A stretch of DNA of 64,000 nucleotides, from the NCBI GenBank assembly GCA_002328585.1, contig DCUV01000032.1:109173-173172 (forward strand), given 5' to 3'. Shown here in pieces: positions 1 through 11,992 of the stretch. The DNA comes from Spirochaetia bacterium UBA2205 (GTDB lineage: Bacteria; Spirochaetota; UBA4802; UB4802). Position numbers and translations under genes: made by a program. Position 1 is the first letter of the stretch; each line of letters begins with the position of its first letter. Below the pieces are notes generated by a model, which saw nothing but the letters and a program-made list of their open reading frames with translations, did not search any database and was not told the DNA's origin.

Positions 1-2522
1 AGCCCTAACTCATCTATCTCCTCTGCTATATCCTCAGTAATAAGCTCCCCGCTATTACAAATACTCTCATTGGTGACAGGATGATATAGATCATAGAGTA
101 ATGTCCTGCCCAGAGCTCTTGCACCAATTGATTCGACCACCTCATCACCTTCTTTTATGGCAGTAACATCAATACCAACTGATGTGCCACAATCATCCAT
201 GGTTATAACAACATCCTGAGCTATATCAACCAGTCTGCGGGTAAGATATCCTGCATCCGCAGTCTTTAAAGCAGTATCTGCCAATCCCTTCCGTGCACCA
301 TTGGTTGAAATAAAATATTCAAGAACTGTCAGCCCTTCCTTAAAGTTTGATTTAATGGGCACGTCAATAATCTCACCACTGGGTTTTGCCATTAATCCTC
401 GCATACCAGCTAACTGTCGTATTTGCTGTTTACTGCCTCTTGCACCTGATTGTGCCATAATGTAAATTGGATTAAAACCATCGGCATCCTGTGCCATCGT
501 ATCGAACATAACCTCTGTAACATCGTCATTTGTTTTTGTCCACAAGTCTATAACTCTGTTGTATCGCTCTTCATTCGTGCGCCATCCATCACGATATTCA
601 TTTTCAATTTTTTCTAACATCTCATTAGCTTTTTTAATTAACTCATCTTTCATTTCAGGCACTTTAACATCACTGGTAGAGATAGTAGGCCCAAAATAGG
701 TAGCAAACCTGTATCCCAGCTCTTTGATATCATCAAGCACCTTAACAGTTGCTGTTGGACCATACCCTCTGAATATCTTTGAAATTATTTTTGATAGTTC
801 CTTATCATTAACGGTAAAGTTGACAAACGGGAAGCCAGCGGGAAGCTTTTCATTGAAGATTAACCGCCCTGGAGTTGTTTCAATGAACTCTCCATCCTTC
901 AAATACTTAATTCTGGAACGATATTTAATCTGCTTATATTCCAGAGCATATAATATTTCATCCATTGAACCAAAATACGGTAAATGTTCAGATTTACTTT
1001 TCAATTCAGACGTTAAATAATAAACACCCAATACTATATCTTGCGTAGGCGTTACTATAGGCTGACCATTTGCAGGGTTGAGTAGATTATTTGCAGAAAG
1101 CATCAATATCCAGCATTCTATCTGGGCACGCGGAGATAGCGGCACATGAACTGCCATCTGGTCACCATCAAAATCAGCGTTATAAGCATGACATACAAGT
1201 GGATGTAATTTAATTGCCTTTCCTTCCACCAGTATTGGTTCAAATGCTTGTATCCCTAATCTATGCAATGTGGGAGCACGGTTCAACAATACAGGGTGTT
1301 CAGCAATAACCTCTTCCAGAACCTCCCAAACTTCAGGTCTTTCATTTTCAACCATTTTTTTGGCTGATTTTATATTCTGAACAAAACCTTTATCAACCAA
1401 ACGCTTCATAATAAATGGTTTAAAAAGTTCAACCGCCATCTTTTTTGGAAGCCCACATTGATGCAATTTAAGCTCAGGACCAATAACAATAACAGAACGC
1501 CCTGAATAATCAACACGTTTACCAAGAAGATTTTGCCTGAACCTTCCTTGCTTACCCTTTAACATATCACTCAACGATTTCAATGGCCTATTTGCCTTAC
1601 CTTTAACAGCACGTTTTCGCTTGCTATTGTCAAATAGTGCATCGACAGCTTCCTGCAGCATCCGCTTTTCATTCCGTACAATAATATCAGGAGCTCGTAA
1701 AAGCAATAGCCGTTTTAAACGGTTGTTCCGATTGATAACTCTTCTATAAAGATCATTAAGATCGGATGTTGCAAACCTCCCACCATCTAGCTGAACCATC
1801 GGTCTAAGCTCTGGAGGTATAACAGGTACAACATCAAGTACCATCCAGTCTGGCTTGTTTCCTGAATCTCTAAATGCCTCTATAAGTTCCAGGCGTTTAA
1901 TATCTTTTTTATCAACTTTCAGCTTATCCTGACTTGCAATCTTACTTCTCAATTCTCGCGCCTCACCATCCAGATCTATGCGACGTAACATTTCCTTTAT
2001 AGCTGCGGCACCCATATCAGCGCCAAATTCATCACCATATTCTTCATAATAATGATTAAAAGTATCCTCATCAATGACATCTCCATATTTTAAATCAGTT
2101 TCGGCAGGATCAATCACCACATATTTTTCGTAATAGAGGATAGACTTTAATTCATTAACCGTTAAATTCAACAGTAATCCTATCCGTGAAGGAACAGAAC
2201 GGTAATACCATATATGTGCCACAGGGCAGGCTAATTCAATATGGCCTCCACGCTCACGTCGCACCTTATAATGAGTAACCTCAACACCGCAACGATCACA
2301 AACAACACCTTTATATCGTATAGATTTAAACTTGCCACAATAGCACTCCCATTCCTTAGTTGTTCCAAATATCCTTTCACAGAATAAGCCATCCCGTTCA
2401 GGTTTTAAGGTTCGATAGTTAATCGTTTCAGGTTTTTTTACCTCCCCATATGACCATTCCCTAATTAAATCAGGGGAAGCTAATTTTATTTGAATTGAGT
2501 TAAAATCATTAAAATCTCTCAT
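1..2522 (-). CDS. rpoC: DNA-directed RNA polymerase subunit beta' (N-terminal ~840 aa; C-terminus truncated by window start)
   Basis: Minus-strand frame open from ATG at 2522 ([53 protein letters not shown]...) to position 1 with no stop; [12 protein letters not shown] catalytic motif visible near 1100-1140; directly downstream of rpoB. Not in ORF track because it is truncated. Confidence 0.9.
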   Translation of the reverse strand, partial: MRDFNDFNSIQIKLASPDLIREWSYGEVKKPETINYRTLKPERDGLFCERIFGTTKEWECYCGKFKSIRYKGVVCDRCGVEVTHYKVRRERGGHIELACPVAHIWYYRSVPSRIGLLLNLTVNELKSILYYEKYVVIDPAETDLKYGDVIDEDTFNHYYEEYGDEFGADMGAAAIKEMLRRIDLDGEARELRSKIASQDKLKVDKKDIKRLELIEAFRDSGNKPDWMVLDVVPVIPPELRPMVQLDGGRFATSDLNDLYRRVINRNNRLKRLLLLRAPDIIVRNEKRMLQEAVDALFDNSKRKRAVKGKANRPLKSLSDMLKGKQGRFRQNLLGKRVDYSGRSVIVIGPELKLHQCGLPKKMAVELFKPFIMKRLVDKGFVQNIKSAKKMVENERPEVWEVLEEVIAEHPVLLNRAPTLHRLGIQAFEPILVEGKAIKLHPLVCHAYNADFDGDQMAVHVPLSPRAQIECWILMLSANNLLNPANGQPIVTPTQDIVLGVYYLTSELKSKSEHLPYFGSMDEILYALEYKQIKYRSRIKYLKDGEFIETTPGRLIFNEKLPAGFPFVNFTVNDKELSKIISKIFRGYGPTATVKVLDDIKELGYRFATYFGPTISTSDVKVPEMKDELIKKANEMLEKIENEYRDGWRTNEERYNRVIDLWTKTNDDVTEVMFDTMAQDADGFNPIYIMAQSGARGSKQQIRQLAGMRGLMAKPSGEIIDVPIKSNFKEGLTVLEYFISTNGARKGLADTALKTADAGYLTRRLVDIAQDVVITMDDCGTSVGIDVTAIKEGDEVVESIGARALGRTLLYDLYHPVTNESICNSGELITEDIAEEIDELG

Positions 2523-2561
2523 TGCATTACCTTCTTACTTATTATAATTTTTGAAGCATTG

Positions 2562-5500
2562 TTACTCATTTTCAAGTGTTTCAAGCTTGATTTTTCGTTT
2601 TGGTTTGGTGAAGCCTTCGCTCCACTCAGAGAGATTTATCTCATTGCCATTTTCGTCATAAATTCGCACATCAAGTGCAAGCCCTCGCAATTCCTGTATC
2701 AATACATTAAATGACTCAGGAATGCCAGGAGTTGTTGTATTAATCCCCTTAACTATAGCTTCATATATTCTAGCTCTGCCCAACATATCATCAGACTTCA
2801 CCGTCAGAAGCTCCTGGAGTGTATAAGCTGCACCGTATGCTTCAAGCGCCCACACTTCCATCTCACCCAATCGCTGACCACCAAATTGCGCTTTACCACC
2901 TAATGGCTGTTGGGTTACCAGCGAATATGGGCCAGTAGAACGTGCATGAATCTTATCATCCACCATGTGCGCTAATTTCAGCATATAGATGTATCCTACC
3001 ATTACCTCATTTTCAAAAGTTTCACCTGTTTGCCCGGAATAAAGAACTGTTTTACAACTTACCGGTAGTCCAGCTTTTTGTAATAGCTCTTTTATTTCTA
3101 CATCTTCTGGACTATCAAAAATAGGACATTCGGCAATAAATCCTAACTCTTTAGCTGCCCATCCTAATTCAGTTTCCAGTAATTGGCCTAAATTCATTCG
3201 TGATGGTACTGAAAGAGGATTTAAAACGATATCGACTGGTGTTCCGTCAGGTAGATAGGGCATCTCATACACGGGCACTATCCTGCTAATAACGCCTTTA
3301 TTCCCATGGCGTCCAGCCATCTTATCACCAACCGAAATTTTTCGTTTTGATGAAATATAAACTTTAACCAGCTCTTCAACACCTGCTGCTAATTCATCAC
3401 CATTTTCCCTGGAAAAACGTTTTACATCAATAACTATCCCTTCAACGCCATTAGGGACACGCAATGAAGTATCACGAACCTCTCGTGCTTTTTCACCAAA
3501 TATCGAATGTAGCAATTTATATTCTGGCGTAAGATCCTGCTCGCCCTTAGGAGTTACTTTCCCAACAAGAATATCTCCTGGAGCAACATATGCTCCACTG
3601 CGAACAATACCATTTTCATCTAAATCTCTGAAAGCCTTTTCACTTAAGTTAGGGATGTCACGAGTAATAACCTCTCTTCCCAGCTTTGTTTCACGCGCTT
3701 CAATTTCAAATTGTTCAATATGAAGAGAGGTATAGACATCATCATATACCAGACGTTCTGAAAGCAGAATAGCATCCTCAAAGTTATAACCCATCCATGG
3801 CATAAATGCTACCAATATATTTTTACCAAGTGCCATCTTGCCCTGATCAGTAGCTGGTCCATCTGCCATGATATCACCTGCTTTTACCTTCTGTCCTTTT
3901 TTTACTATTGGTTTTTGGTTGAAGCATGTTCCCTGATTTGTTCGCTTAAACTTTAACAGCTGGTATTCATCTATTTCCCCGTTTCCTGTCTTAACACGTA
4001 TAAACTTTGCATCAGCATAGATAACTTCACCTGCCCGTTTAGTCTTTACCACAACACCCGAATCCATTGCAGCCGGGCCTTCCATACCAGTTCCAACAAG
4101 CGGTACTTCTTCGGTTAGTAATGGCACAGCCTGCCGTTGCATATTTGAACCCATAAGCGCACGGTTGGCATCATCGTGTTCAAGGAATGGAATAAGACAT
4201 GTGGAAACCGAGAATACCTGATCAGGCGAAACGTCCATATATTGGATTTCTTCAGGACGTTTATAAGGGAAATCACCCCTATGCCGACATGGGATAAGTT
4301 TATCTACAAATTTCCCGCTTTCATCGATAACTGCATTTGCCTGAGCAATAAAATACTTATCCTCTTCATCAGCAGTAAGATATTCTACTTTATCCGTAAC
4401 ACGTCCATTTTCTACAACCCGGTATGGTGTTTCCAAAAATCCATAATCATTGATACGAGCATAGGTACTCATTGAAATAATTAAACCAATATTAGGACCT
4501 TCAGGCGTTTCTATAGGACACATCCTTCCATAATGCGAAGGATGTACATCACGCACTTCAAAACCAGCACGCTCCCGTGTTAAACCGCCAGGACCTAATG
4601 CATTTAATCTGCGTTTATGGGTAAGCTCAGCCAGAGGATTTGTTTGATCCATAAACTGTGAAAGCTGACTTGAGCCAAAAAATTCATTAATGACTGCAGT
4701 GATTGGTTTTATGCTTATAAGCGCCTGAGGTGTTACAACATCTATATCCTGTATTGTCATACGCTCTTTGATAACACGTTCCATTCGCTGGAATCCAATC
4801 TTTATCTGATTCTGTATTAACTCTCCCACGGTTCGTATTCTTCTATTTCCTAAATGGTCAATATCATCGACAATATATCCTTCAACCTCTGCTATTAAGT
4901 TGATTAGATATTTCATTGTCATTACTATATCTTCCTTTCTGAGGTAATCTTCACTCACCTCTTTCATGTCAAATCCAAACTTTTTATTAATTTTATAACG
5001 TCCAACACCACCTAAACTATAGGTTCGGGGATCAAAAAATAATCTGTTAAATATTTCACGTGCATTGTCAATATTGGTCGGCTCACCAGGTCGTAACATC
5101 TGGTGTAATTTCAACAGTGCATCTTCGGAACTTTTACAATCATCTTTTTCCAGTGAAGTAATCAGATAAGCATCATCTTTGTTTTTAGGGAATTCAATTA
5201 TTTCAATTTCCTTGACCTTTTCATCTCGTAAAATATCAACATAGTCAATGGTAATACGTTCACCAGCTTCTAAGAACACTTCACCTGTTTCATGGTTTAC
5301 TATATCAGTGGCAACTCGTCTGTTTTTCAACAATTCATAATCTTTTTCTTCTAAAAGCTTAACTTTCTTTATAGTATAAAAGAGTTTTATTATTTCTTCA
5401 TTTGTATTGAAACCAAGAGCTTTTATTATAATTGTTGCAGGAAATTTCTTCTTTCTATCAATACGCGCAACAATAAGCCCCTTATGATCCATTTCAAATT

Positions 5501-6020
5501 CCAGCCAGGATCCTCTGTCGGGGATGATACGTGCATTATACATTCGTTCAGTTTCATCCCAGAAAAAGAATATTCCCGGCGATCGATGCAACTGATTCAC
5601 AACAACACGTTCTGCTCCATTGATGATAAATGTTCCGCTTTCTGTCATCAAGGGGATATCGCCCATATAAACGGATTGTTCCCTGACTTCCATGGTATCT
5701 TTCTTTATAAGACGTATCGTTGCTTTCAGCGGTGCAGCATAGGTTACATCACGCTCTTTACATTCCTGAACATTATATTTTGGCTCCCCTAATTCATAGT
5801 CAACAAACTCCAATTCTATATCATCATTAGGGCTAACAATAGGAAATGTTTCCAGAAATACATTGTGCAATCCTTGATTTTTCCTTTTTGCAGGTGGAAC
5901 ATCTTTTTGTAAAAACCACTTAAACGACTCGGTTTGATTTTCGATCAAGTTTGGCAATCCAATGCCTGACTTTATTGTACCAAAACGTATAATTTTTTGT
6001 TGTTTTTGCATAGTATACAC
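2562..6020 (-). CDS. rpoB: DNA-directed RNA polymerase subunit beta (1152 aa)
   Basis: ORF track; full-length beta-subunit signatures ([25 protein letters not shown]), canonical position between rplL and rpoC. Confidence 0.95.
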   Translation of the reverse strand: MYTMQKQQKIIRFGTIKSGIGLPNLIENQTESFKWFLQKDVPPAKRKNQGLHNVFLETFPIVSPNDDIELEFVDYELGEPKYNVQECKERDVTYAAPLKATIRLIKKDTMEVREQSVYMGDIPLMTESGTFIINGAERVVVNQLHRSPGIFFFWDETERMYNARIIPDRGSWLEFEMDHKGLIVARIDRKKKFPATIIIKALGFNTNEEIIKLFYTIKKVKLLEEKDYELLKNRRVATDIVNHETGEVFLEAGERITIDYVDILRDEKVKEIEIIEFPKNKDDAYLITSLEKDDCKSSEDALLKLHQMLRPGEPTNIDNAREIFNRLFFDPRTYSLGGVGRYKINKKFGFDMKEVSEDYLRKEDIVMTMKYLINLIAEVEGYIVDDIDHLGNRRIRTVGELIQNQIKIGFQRMERVIKERMTIQDIDVVTPQALISIKPITAVINEFFGSSQLSQFMDQTNPLAELTHKRRLNALGPGGLTRERAGFEVRDVHPSHYGRMCPIETPEGPNIGLIISMSTYARINDYGFLETPYRVVENGRVTDKVEYLTADEEDKYFIAQANAVIDESGKFVDKLIPCRHRGDFPYKRPEEIQYMDVSPDQVFSVSTCLIPFLEHDDANRALMGSNMQRQAVPLLTEEVPLVGTGMEGPAAMDSGVVVKTKRAGEVIYADAKFIRVKTGNGEIDEYQLLKFKRTNQGTCFNQKPIVKKGQKVKAGDIMADGPATDQGKMALGKNILVAFMPWMGYNFEDAILLSERLVYDDVYTSLHIEQFEIEARETKLGREVITRDIPNLSEKAFRDLDENGIVRSGAYVAPGDILVGKVTPKGEQDLTPEYKLLHSIFGEKAREVRDTSLRVPNGVEGIVIDVKRFSRENGDELAAGVEELVKVYISSKRKISVGDKMAGRHGNKGVISRIVPVYEMPYLPDGTPVDIVLNPLSVPSRMNLGQLLETELGWAAKELGFIAECPIFDSPEDVEIKELLQKAGLPVSCKTVLYSGQTGETFENEVMVGYIYMLKLAHMVDDKIHARSTGPYSLVTQQPLGGKAQFGGQRLGEMEVWALEAYGAAYTLQELLTVKSDDMLGRARIYEAIVKGINTTTPGIPESFNVLIQELRGLALDVRIYDENGNEINLSEWSEGFTKPKRKIKLETLENE

Positions 6021-6193
6021 CTGATATAAAATTTATCATACATATAAATAAATCAGACAATGAACATAAAAAAATATAATTGTTTTTGTTTGATAGTAAC
6101 TATTCATCATTTATTCATATATCTTGGGGCACTGTTTCAAATGCAGAACATCGCGTTATTGTTATTGATAGTAAATTACAAAAACATAAACAC

Positions 6194-6226
6194 CAGTAGG
6201 TTTGATTGCATCGCAACCAAACCTAC
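6194..6226 (-). promoter_or_regulatory. Stem-loop (15-bp arms, 1 mismatch, 3-nt loop) in the rplL-rpoB spacer; candidate partial terminator/attenuator or RNase processing site
   Basis: AGTAGGTTTGATTGC-ATC-GCAACCAAACCTACT read directly; on the minus-strand transcript it is followed by GGUGUUUAUGUUUUUG. An rplL-rpoB attenuator is known in E. coli. Confidence 0.4.
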
Positions 6227-6287
6227 TACTATTTTCAGTATACAGTATTACAGTAATCTTTTCAAGATATTTTTGCGTCAATAAACG

Positions 6288-6674
6288 TTACTTAACCTCT
6301 ACTGTTGCTCCAGCTTCTACAAGCTGCTTTTTAATCTTTTCGGCTTCTTCTTTAGAAACCTTTTCCTTAACCGCTTTGCCTCCAGCTTCTACCAGATCTT
6401 TAGCTTCTTTTAAGCCTAAACCGGTAATGGCACGTACTTCCTTGATAACATTAATCTTGTTATCACCAAAACCTGTGAGAATAACATCAAATTCAGTCTT
6501 CTCTTCAACTTCTGCTGCCCCTGCTCCGCTCCCGCCTGATGCAGCTGCAACAGCAACTGGTGCAGCTGCTGAAATGCCAAACTTCTCTTCCATGGCTTTC
6601 ACAAGCTCTGCGGCTTCAACAAGCGTTAAACTACCAATTGCTTCCAACAATTCCTGTACTGATAATTTTGCCAT
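6288..6674 (-). CDS. rplL: 50S ribosomal protein L7/L12 (128 aa)
   Basis: ORF 6288..6719 trimmed to internal Met ([15 protein letters not shown]...) preceded by AAGGAG 7 nt upstream (6682-6687 on the plus strand); Ala/Glu-rich hinge and conserved C-terminal domain. Confidence 0.9.
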   Translation of the reverse strand: MAKLSVQELLEAIGSLTLVEAAELVKAMEEKFGISAAAPVAVAAASGGSGAGAAEVEEKTEFDVILTGFGDNKINVIKEVRAITGLGLKEAKDLVEAGGKAVKEKVSKEEAEKIKKQLVEAGATVEVK

Positions 6675-6814
6675 TATGTTACTCCTTATACTTAGTGAAT
6701 CTGAAGTTAATACGAACATTTGTCGTAAAAACTTATAAGGGCAACCAATACTCCATAATGTTTACAATTCTGATAAGTATTATGTACCCTTGATTATATA
6801 AATGCTATAACAAG

Positions 6815-7330
6815 CTAAGCATTTTGCTGTGCTACAAGCTTAATACCCCTGGCAAGGGAAGCCATAACTTGATTTATTGCAATAGCTGTCCCTGTAGCAG
6901 GCCCATTGATAAGCGACATTACCTGCGACAATAACACCTCTATGGGCGGTAATTCTGCAATTCGTTGTACATCCTTTTGAGAATATACAACATTATCCAT
7001 TATTGCAACGCTGAACTGAAATTTATCCTGCTCTTTCTGAAAATCCTTTAATACCTTTGCTATTTCACTCAATTCCTTATCAACAAACACCACACCAATA
7101 GGACCTACCAGATGTGTATCTATTGGGGGATATCCACCATCCTTCAATGCTTTTCTGAATAAATTATTTTTAATTACTTTATACTCAGCACCTTTATCCC
7201 GCAAAATCTTCCTCAATTGATAAAGATCTTTTACCTTGATACCGGAATAATATGTTAATATAATATTCTTTTTGGAATTCAGTTTTTCTTTTAATTCATT
7301 AACAGAATCTATTTTATATTGTTTAACCAT
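6815..7330 (-). CDS. rplJ: 50S ribosomal protein L10
   Basis: ORF track, 171 aa; position between rplA and rplL; start ATG overlaps the rplA stop (TAATG). Confidence 0.9.
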   Translation of the reverse strand: MVKQYKIDSVNELKEKLNSKKNIILTYYSGIKVKDLYQLRKILRDKGAEYKVIKNNLFRKALKDGGYPPIDTHLVGPIGVVFVDKELSEIAKVLKDFQKEQDKFQFSVAIMDNVVYSQKDVQRIAELPPIEVLLSQVMSLINGPATGTAIAINQVMASLARGIKLVAQQNA

Positions 7331-8013
7331 TACCGTTCTATCCCCTTGTAATTGATTTTAATGCCTGGCCCCATTGTTGAGCATATATGAAAAGAACGAA
7401 TATAGTTTCCTTTTGCATCAGAGGGTTTATCTTTAACAACCTGACCATAGAACGATTTAATGTTTTCCGCAAGCTTTTGTTGTTCAAATGAAAGTTTGCC
7501 AACACCAAGATGGATAACCCCGGTCTTATCGGCCTTGTATTCAACCCTTCCACCCTTAAGCTCTTTAACGGCTATTTTTACATCATCAGTGACGGTGCCA
7601 GATTTAGGTTTTGGCATAAGCCCTTTTTTACCCAATATAGGGCCTAACTTTCCTACCTCTTTCATCATATCAGGGGTTGCAACAACCGCCTCAAAATCAA
7701 GCCACCCATTCTTTATCTTCTCGATAGCATCTTCAGCACCTACAAAATCAGCTCCTGCTTCTAAAGCTTCTTTCTGCTTGTCACCTTTGCAAATCACCAG
7801 CACTTTTATTTCTTTACCAGTACCATGAGGTAACACCACGGAACCACGTACATTTTGATAGCTTTTATGGATAACTTTTATTGCAACTTCAACTGTTTCA
7901 TCAAACTTTACAAAGGCTAATTCTTTCATTATTGACAATGCTTCATCAATCGGGTATAATTTGGTCTTATCAACCTTAGCCTTTGCATCAGTAATTTTTT
8001 TTCCTCGCTTCAT
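7330..8013 (-). CDS. rplA: 50S ribosomal protein L1
   Basis: ORF track, 227 aa; L1 family signatures (GKKGLMPKPKSGTVT); canonical rplK-rplA order. Confidence 0.9.
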   Translation of the reverse strand: MKRGKKITDAKAKVDKTKLYPIDEALSIMKELAFVKFDETVEVAIKVIHKSYQNVRGSVVLPHGTGKEIKVLVICKGDKQKEALEAGADFVGAEDAIEKIKNGWLDFEAVVATPDMMKEVGKLGPILGKKGLMPKPKSGTVTDDVKIAVKELKGGRVEYKADKTGVIHLGVGKLSFEQQKLAENIKSFYGQVVKDKPSDAKGNYIRSFHICSTMGPGIKINYKGIER

Positions 8014-8050
8014 AAAAAAACCCCAAATAATTCATTATTAATTAACTGTG

Positions 8051-8494
8051 TTACTCACTTACTTCAACTCCCATTGAACGTGCTGTACCAGCAATAATTT
8101 TCTTTGCTGCCTCAACATCATTAGCATTGAGATCCGGCATTTTTAATTGAGCAATTTCTTCAAGTTGAGACTGCGTAACGGTGCCAACCTTCTTCTTATT
8201 AGGTTCGCTTGAACCTTTTTCCAGCTTAAGAGCCTTTTTAATCAATACCGCTGCTGGTGGTGTTTTAACAATGAACGTATATGTTCTGTCTTCATATACA
8301 GTAATAATTACCGGCAGTATGGTACCCTGCTGGTCCTTTGTTCTATCGTTAAAAGCCTTGCAAAATTCCATGATGTTAAGCCCATGCTGTCCCAGAGCAG
8401 GCCCTACCGGTGGTGCAGGATTTGCCTGTCCACCAGGAATCTGTAATTTAATCTGAGTTACTATCTTCTTCTTTTTTGGAGCCATTGTCATCAA
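8051..8494 (-). CDS. rplK: 50S ribosomal protein L11
   Basis: ORF track; [22 protein letters not shown] signature. True start may be the second or third ATG (MAPKKKK...), a few codons downstream of 8494. Confidence 0.9.
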   Translation of the reverse strand: MMTMAPKKKKIVTQIKLQIPGGQANPAPPVGPALGQHGLNIMEFCKAFNDRTKDQQGTILPVIITVYEDRTYTFIVKTPPAAVLIKKALKLEKGSSEPNKKKVGTVTQSQLEEIAQLKMPDLNANDVEAAKKIIAGTARSMGVEVSE

Positions 8495-8522
8495 CCCTTA
8501 TAAAACTATTATTAAATGTATC

Positions 8523-9065
8523 TTATATCTTACCTACCTGCACAAAGTCCAATTCAACAGGCGTCCCCCTACCAAATATTTCAACCTTAACACGTAATCT
8601 ACCTTTATCGGGATACACTTCTTCAATAACACCGGTAAATTCCTTAAACGGACCATCAACAACCTTTACGTGCTCTCCTACCGAAAAATCCATAACTACT
8701 GACACCTTATCTTTAGTGGCAACTTCACCCATTTTATTGAACAGGTTGTCCACCTCTTTTTCAGATAATGGCCTTGGTTTTTCACTGCCAAATGAACCTA
8801 CAAAATTTGTAACTCCCGGAATGTTTTTTATTGCCATCCACGTTTCATCATCAATAATCATTTCAACAAGAACATATCCCGGAAATATTTTTTTGGATTT
8901 TATAACCTTCTTCCCATCTTTAACTGAATGTTCTTCAACAGTTGGAATCTTAACCTGAAATATCTTATCACCTAAATTCAGATTTTGCACCTTCTTTTCC
9001 AAAGCCAGCTTAACCTTATTCTCATGACCCGAATAAGTATGTATTACGTACCAACCTTTTATCAT
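8523..9065 (-). CDS. nusG: Transcription termination/antitermination factor NusG
   Basis: ORF track, 180 aa; NGN N-terminus (KGWYVIHTYSGHENKV) and KOW C-terminus; canonical secE-nusG-rplK order. Confidence 0.9.
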   Translation of the reverse strand: MIKGWYVIHTYSGHENKVKLALEKKVQNLNLGDKIFQVKIPTVEEHSVKDGKKVIKSKKIFPGYVLVEMIIDDETWMAIKNIPGVTNFVGSFGSEKPRPLSEKEVDNLFNKMGEVATKDKVSVVMDFSVGEHVKVVDGPFKEFTGVIEEVYPDKGRLRVKVEIFGRGTPVELDFVQVGKI

Positions 9066-9067
9066 AG

Positions 9068-9253
9068 TTATTTCATCACCAGGGAAACAATTTTCATCAA
9101 GGTAGCATCAACAAGCCATAAAAAAAGTGAAGTTATTATAACAGTTATAAGAACCACCATGGTCAATGCACTAACCTCATCCCTTTCAGGCCAGGAAACT
9201 TTTTTAAGCTCGTCACGTGATTCTTTAACAAATTGTATGGTTTTATTAAACAC
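9068..9253 (-). CDS. secE: Preprotein translocase subunit SecE (61 aa, single TM)
   Basis: ORF track; short hydrophobic C-terminal helix and KKVSWP motif typical of SecE; lies immediately upstream of nusG. Confidence 0.8.
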   Translation of the reverse strand: MFNKTIQFVKESRDELKKVSWPERDEVSALTMVVLITVIITSLFLWLVDATLMKIVSLVMK

Positions 9254-9264
9254 TATCGCCCACC

Positions 9265-9417
9265 TTATGCTTTCGTTTCCTTATGCAATGTATGCTTGTT
9301 GCAATGCCTGCAATATTTCATCACCTCAAGCTTTCCGGTTTGCTTTTTCTTATCCTTCTTTGTGGCATAGTTGCGATTTTTACAATCCTTACATGATAAT
9401 AGTATCACTTCACGCAT
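9265..9417 (-). CDS. rpmG: 50S ribosomal protein L33 (50 aa)
   Basis: Hand-translated minus-strand ORF absent from the track (<60 aa): [50 protein letters not shown]; zinc-ribbon CxxC...CxxC and canonical rpmG-secE arrangement. Confidence 0.85.
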   Translation of the reverse strand: MREVILLSCKDCKNRNYATKKDKKKQTGKLEVMKYCRHCNKHTLHKETKA

Positions 9418-9592
9418 AATGACATCCTGTTAATGTAATAGTATTTTTTTGCGTTATGTAATGTTTAACAATTACTAAAAATGTGTATGCTTTTTTAAAG
9501 ATATGAAAGCACGCTATAAATATAGCACATCACGTCAAGCAATTAATTGCTCAAATTAAAAAAAATACAAATTTTTTAATAAATAACAAAAT

Positions 9593-9665
9593 AGCCCACG
9601 ACCAGAATCGAACTGGTGACCTTTTGCTTACCATGCAAATGCTCTACCGACTGAGCTACGTGGGC
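9593..9665 (-). tRNA. tRNA-Thr (anticodon GGT)
   Basis: Cloverleaf folded by hand: acceptor GCCCACG/CGUGGGC, D-stem GCUC/GAGC, anticodon stem UUUGC/GCAAA with loop AUGGUAA (anticodon GGU), T-arm ACCAG-UUCGAUU-CUGGU; CCA not encoded. Confidence 0.85.
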
Positions 9666-9681
9666 AAACCTGAATTAAACA

Positions 9682-9687
9682 TTATAT
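9682..9687 (-). promoter_or_regulatory. Candidate -10 box (TATAAT) for the tRNA-Thr/rpmG-secE-nusG transcript
   Basis: TATAAT on the minus strand 16 nt upstream of the tRNA 5' end; no good -35 identified. Confidence 0.25.
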
Positions 9688-9953
9688 GCTACTTTCTTTA
9701 AGTATCCCTGAAAAATATGGTATTTTGTCAAGTTTTTTATTAATATACTATTGCGTTTCAAGCACACCTTTTGTTATTGTATAATTGCATAAAGCGTGGT
9801 TTTCAAAACTATAATACAAAGGATGTATCTTTTCGATAGTTACTGTCAAAGAAAAAACATAGCTGCAATTGTGCCCATTATAATCACCAAAGTATATAGT
9901 AAGGATGTATATCATTCATCAATAAGTACAGCATACGTTATCAACAACATTTA

Positions 9954-10685
9954 CTACTCTTTTGCTTCTAAATAATTTTTTAATTGTTTTGCAATGACCA
10001 GCCCATGATCAATAAATTCCGGACCATACTGTATGCCAGTTTTTGACCTGAATGTATGACGTATTGTATCAATATGTGCCACCCCTTTTGAAAAATGCAT
10101 TACTATATCATTGTGCGAAATATGCAACGTGGCTACCATATCCCATATTGTGTATAAAAAATTATCCGGACCCCACCTGAATTTATCAGCATCATACAGT
10201 GCATTAGACAAAAGCATTAAATCGTCATTGTTCACCTGTTGATGCTCTTTAAATGCTTCATGGTTTTGTATGGCAAATGAGATTGCCAGCACATCATCTT
10301 CCGGAATAAAATGGTAAAAATGATTTTGCACATATTCTGCAGCTTTTGAAGGATGATCGCTCATCTCACGGAAATAATCATGGAAATATCCTGCCATGAG
10401 TGCCAATACTGCTAAATGTATCGAATGTTCTGAGGTCCCCCTCTCTTTAAGAACTATCGCTGCCGATTCAATAGCTACTTTTTCTGCATGATAAAAGCTA
10501 TGCCCCAATGCTGTACCTTTGCTATACATGCAACGAGAGCAATACCGCACAAACGACGATGCGGTTGCTATCCATTGTGCTATAGATATATACCGGTAAT
10601 TATCTCTATAGAAACGGGGTAGAGGCAATGTTGCAGCACATGACTTAACAAACTGCCTGCCCTTACGTATGAATTCCTGCTCCAT
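9954..10685 (-). CDS. HD-domain phosphohydrolase-like protein (243 aa)
   Basis: ORF track; H...HD...D pattern (GHSFYHAE ... YFHDY ... YDADKF). Confidence 0.55.
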   Translation of the reverse strand: MEQEFIRKGRQFVKSCAATLPLPRFYRDNYRYISIAQWIATASSFVRYCSRCMYSKGTALGHSFYHAEKVAIESAAIVLKERGTSEHSIHLAVLALMAGYFHDYFREMSDHPSKAAEYVQNHFYHFIPEDDVLAISFAIQNHEAFKEHQQVNNDDLMLLSNALYDADKFRWGPDNFLYTIWDMVATLHISHNDIVMHFSKGVAHIDTIRHTFRSKTGIQYGPEFIDHGLVIAKQLKNYLEAKE

Positions 10686-10718
10686 GAAATTCCTGTAACA
10701 TTGAAATGTCGCAGGTTA

Positions 10719-11612
10719 TTATAAACAAACATCCTCCTGCGATACTACCTTGTTGAGCGGATATTCGATGATTCCATCAGCGCCGGCATTAATAAGCATG
10801 GGGATAAGGTCCCGGACCACCGATTCATTAATCACACTTTCAACTGAAAACCATGTTGCGTTATATAGTTTAGATACCGTTGGAGACGTAAGGCTTGGAA
10901 TAAGCTTTATAACAACATCAAGCTTCTCTTCGGGTACATTCATTTTGATACCAACAAGATTGCTGGCATTGAGTGCACCTTTTAGCAATAAAGCAATCTG
11001 TTTTATCTTTGCACGTTTTTGCGGATTAGCCATACTTTTTTTATTGGCAATAAGCTTGGTATTGGTTTCCAGCAATGTATAGATGATCTTCAGTCCATGT
11101 GCCTTGATTGTTGAACCGGTTTCGGTAACCTCAACTATTGCATCAACAAGCCCTTCAACTACCTTTGCTTCAGTTGCACCCCATGAAAATTCAACTTTCA
11201 CAGGAATATTCCGCTCGCTGAAATATTTCCGTGTAAAATTGACAAGCTCAGTTGATATTGTTTTGCCTGCACAATCCTCTACTGTCTTTATTGGTGAATC
11301 ATTGGGAACTGCAAGTACCCATTTAGCTTTCCTTGCGCTCACCTTTGAGTAGATCAGGTCCGAAATCACCTCCACGTCTGACTCATTTTCAAGTATCCAG
11401 TCAAGCCCGGTTAATCCTACATCAAGAACCCCGCTTTCAACATATTTTGCCATCTCCTGTGCACGAATCAATGAACAGGAAATCTCATGATCATCAATAC
11501 TTGGGAAGTAATTACGCGATGATACTGATATTGAAAACCCCGCATGTTTGAAAAGTTCAATGGTAGCATTCTCCAGACTGCCTTTAGGAATACCTAATTT
11601 GATAAGGCTCAT
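10719..11612 (-). CDS. hisG: ATP phosphoribosyltransferase, long form (297 aa)
   Basis: ORF track; HisG signatures ([23 protein letters not shown]) plus C-terminal regulatory domain; 4-nt overlap with upstream hisI. Confidence 0.9.
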   Translation of the reverse strand: MSLIKLGIPKGSLENATIELFKHAGFSISVSSRNYFPSIDDHEISCSLIRAQEMAKYVESGVLDVGLTGLDWILENESDVEVISDLIYSKVSARKAKWVLAVPNDSPIKTVEDCAGKTISTELVNFTRKYFSERNIPVKVEFSWGATEAKVVEGLVDAIVEVTETGSTIKAHGLKIIYTLLETNTKLIANKKSMANPQKRAKIKQIALLLKGALNASNLVGIKMNVPEEKLDVVIKLIPSLTSPTVSKLYNATWFSVESVINESVVRDLIPMLINAGADGIIEYPLNKVVSQEDVCL

Positions 11613-11992
11613 TTTTTATCTCCATATTTATCTTCAGGATTAAATATCTTTATGCCATCAATGGTAAGCTCATCCCCTTCCACAACACGGTAAAAACAGC
11701 TGCGGTATCCTGTATGGCATGCTGCGTCACCAATCTGATTAATTTTTAATAATACACAATCGTTGTCACAGTCAATACGAATTTCTTTTACCTGCTGTAC
11801 ATTGCCCGAGGATTCCCCTTTTTTCCATAACGTTTTGCGGGATCTACTCCAGTAATGAACAATACCTGTTTTAAGTGTCAACTCAAATGCCTCTTCATTC
11901 ATAAAGGCAACCATCAAAATTTCACCCGTTTTATAATCTTGAGCTACTGCTGGAACCAATCCATCCAGTTTGGTAAAATCTAATTGTATCAT
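11609..11992 (-). CDS. hisI: Phosphoribosyl-AMP cyclohydrolase
   Basis: ORF track, 127 aa; conserved [16 protein letters not shown] and CDNDCVLL...CHTGYRSCF motifs. Confidence 0.85.
   Translation of the reverse strand: MIQLDFTKLDGLVPAVAQDYKTGEILMVAFMNEEAFELTLKTGIVHYWSRSRKTLWKKGESSGNVQQVKEIRIDCDNDCVLLKINQIGDAACHTGYRSCFYRVVEGDELTIDGIKIFNPEDKYGDKK

Noticed and set aside
724-1020. 98-aa plus-strand ORF inside rpoC
   Set aside because: It is antisense to a highly conserved rpoC coding region with no RBS; it is a typical shadow ORF.
2942-5792. Three plus-strand ORFs (2942-3124, 4176-4475, 5484-5792) inside rpoB
   Set aside because: They are antisense shadow ORFs within rpoB, with low-complexity translations and no RBS.
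6202-6793. Plus-strand ORFs 6202-6738 and 6539-6793 overlapping rplL
   Set aside because: They are antisense to rplL; the Ala/Ser-rich translation is the mirror of the L7/L12 Ala/Glu hinge.
8985-9419. 144-aa plus-strand ORF overlapping secE and rpmG
   Set aside because: It is antisense to two conserved genes. The real gene here is the 50-aa rpmG on the minus strand.
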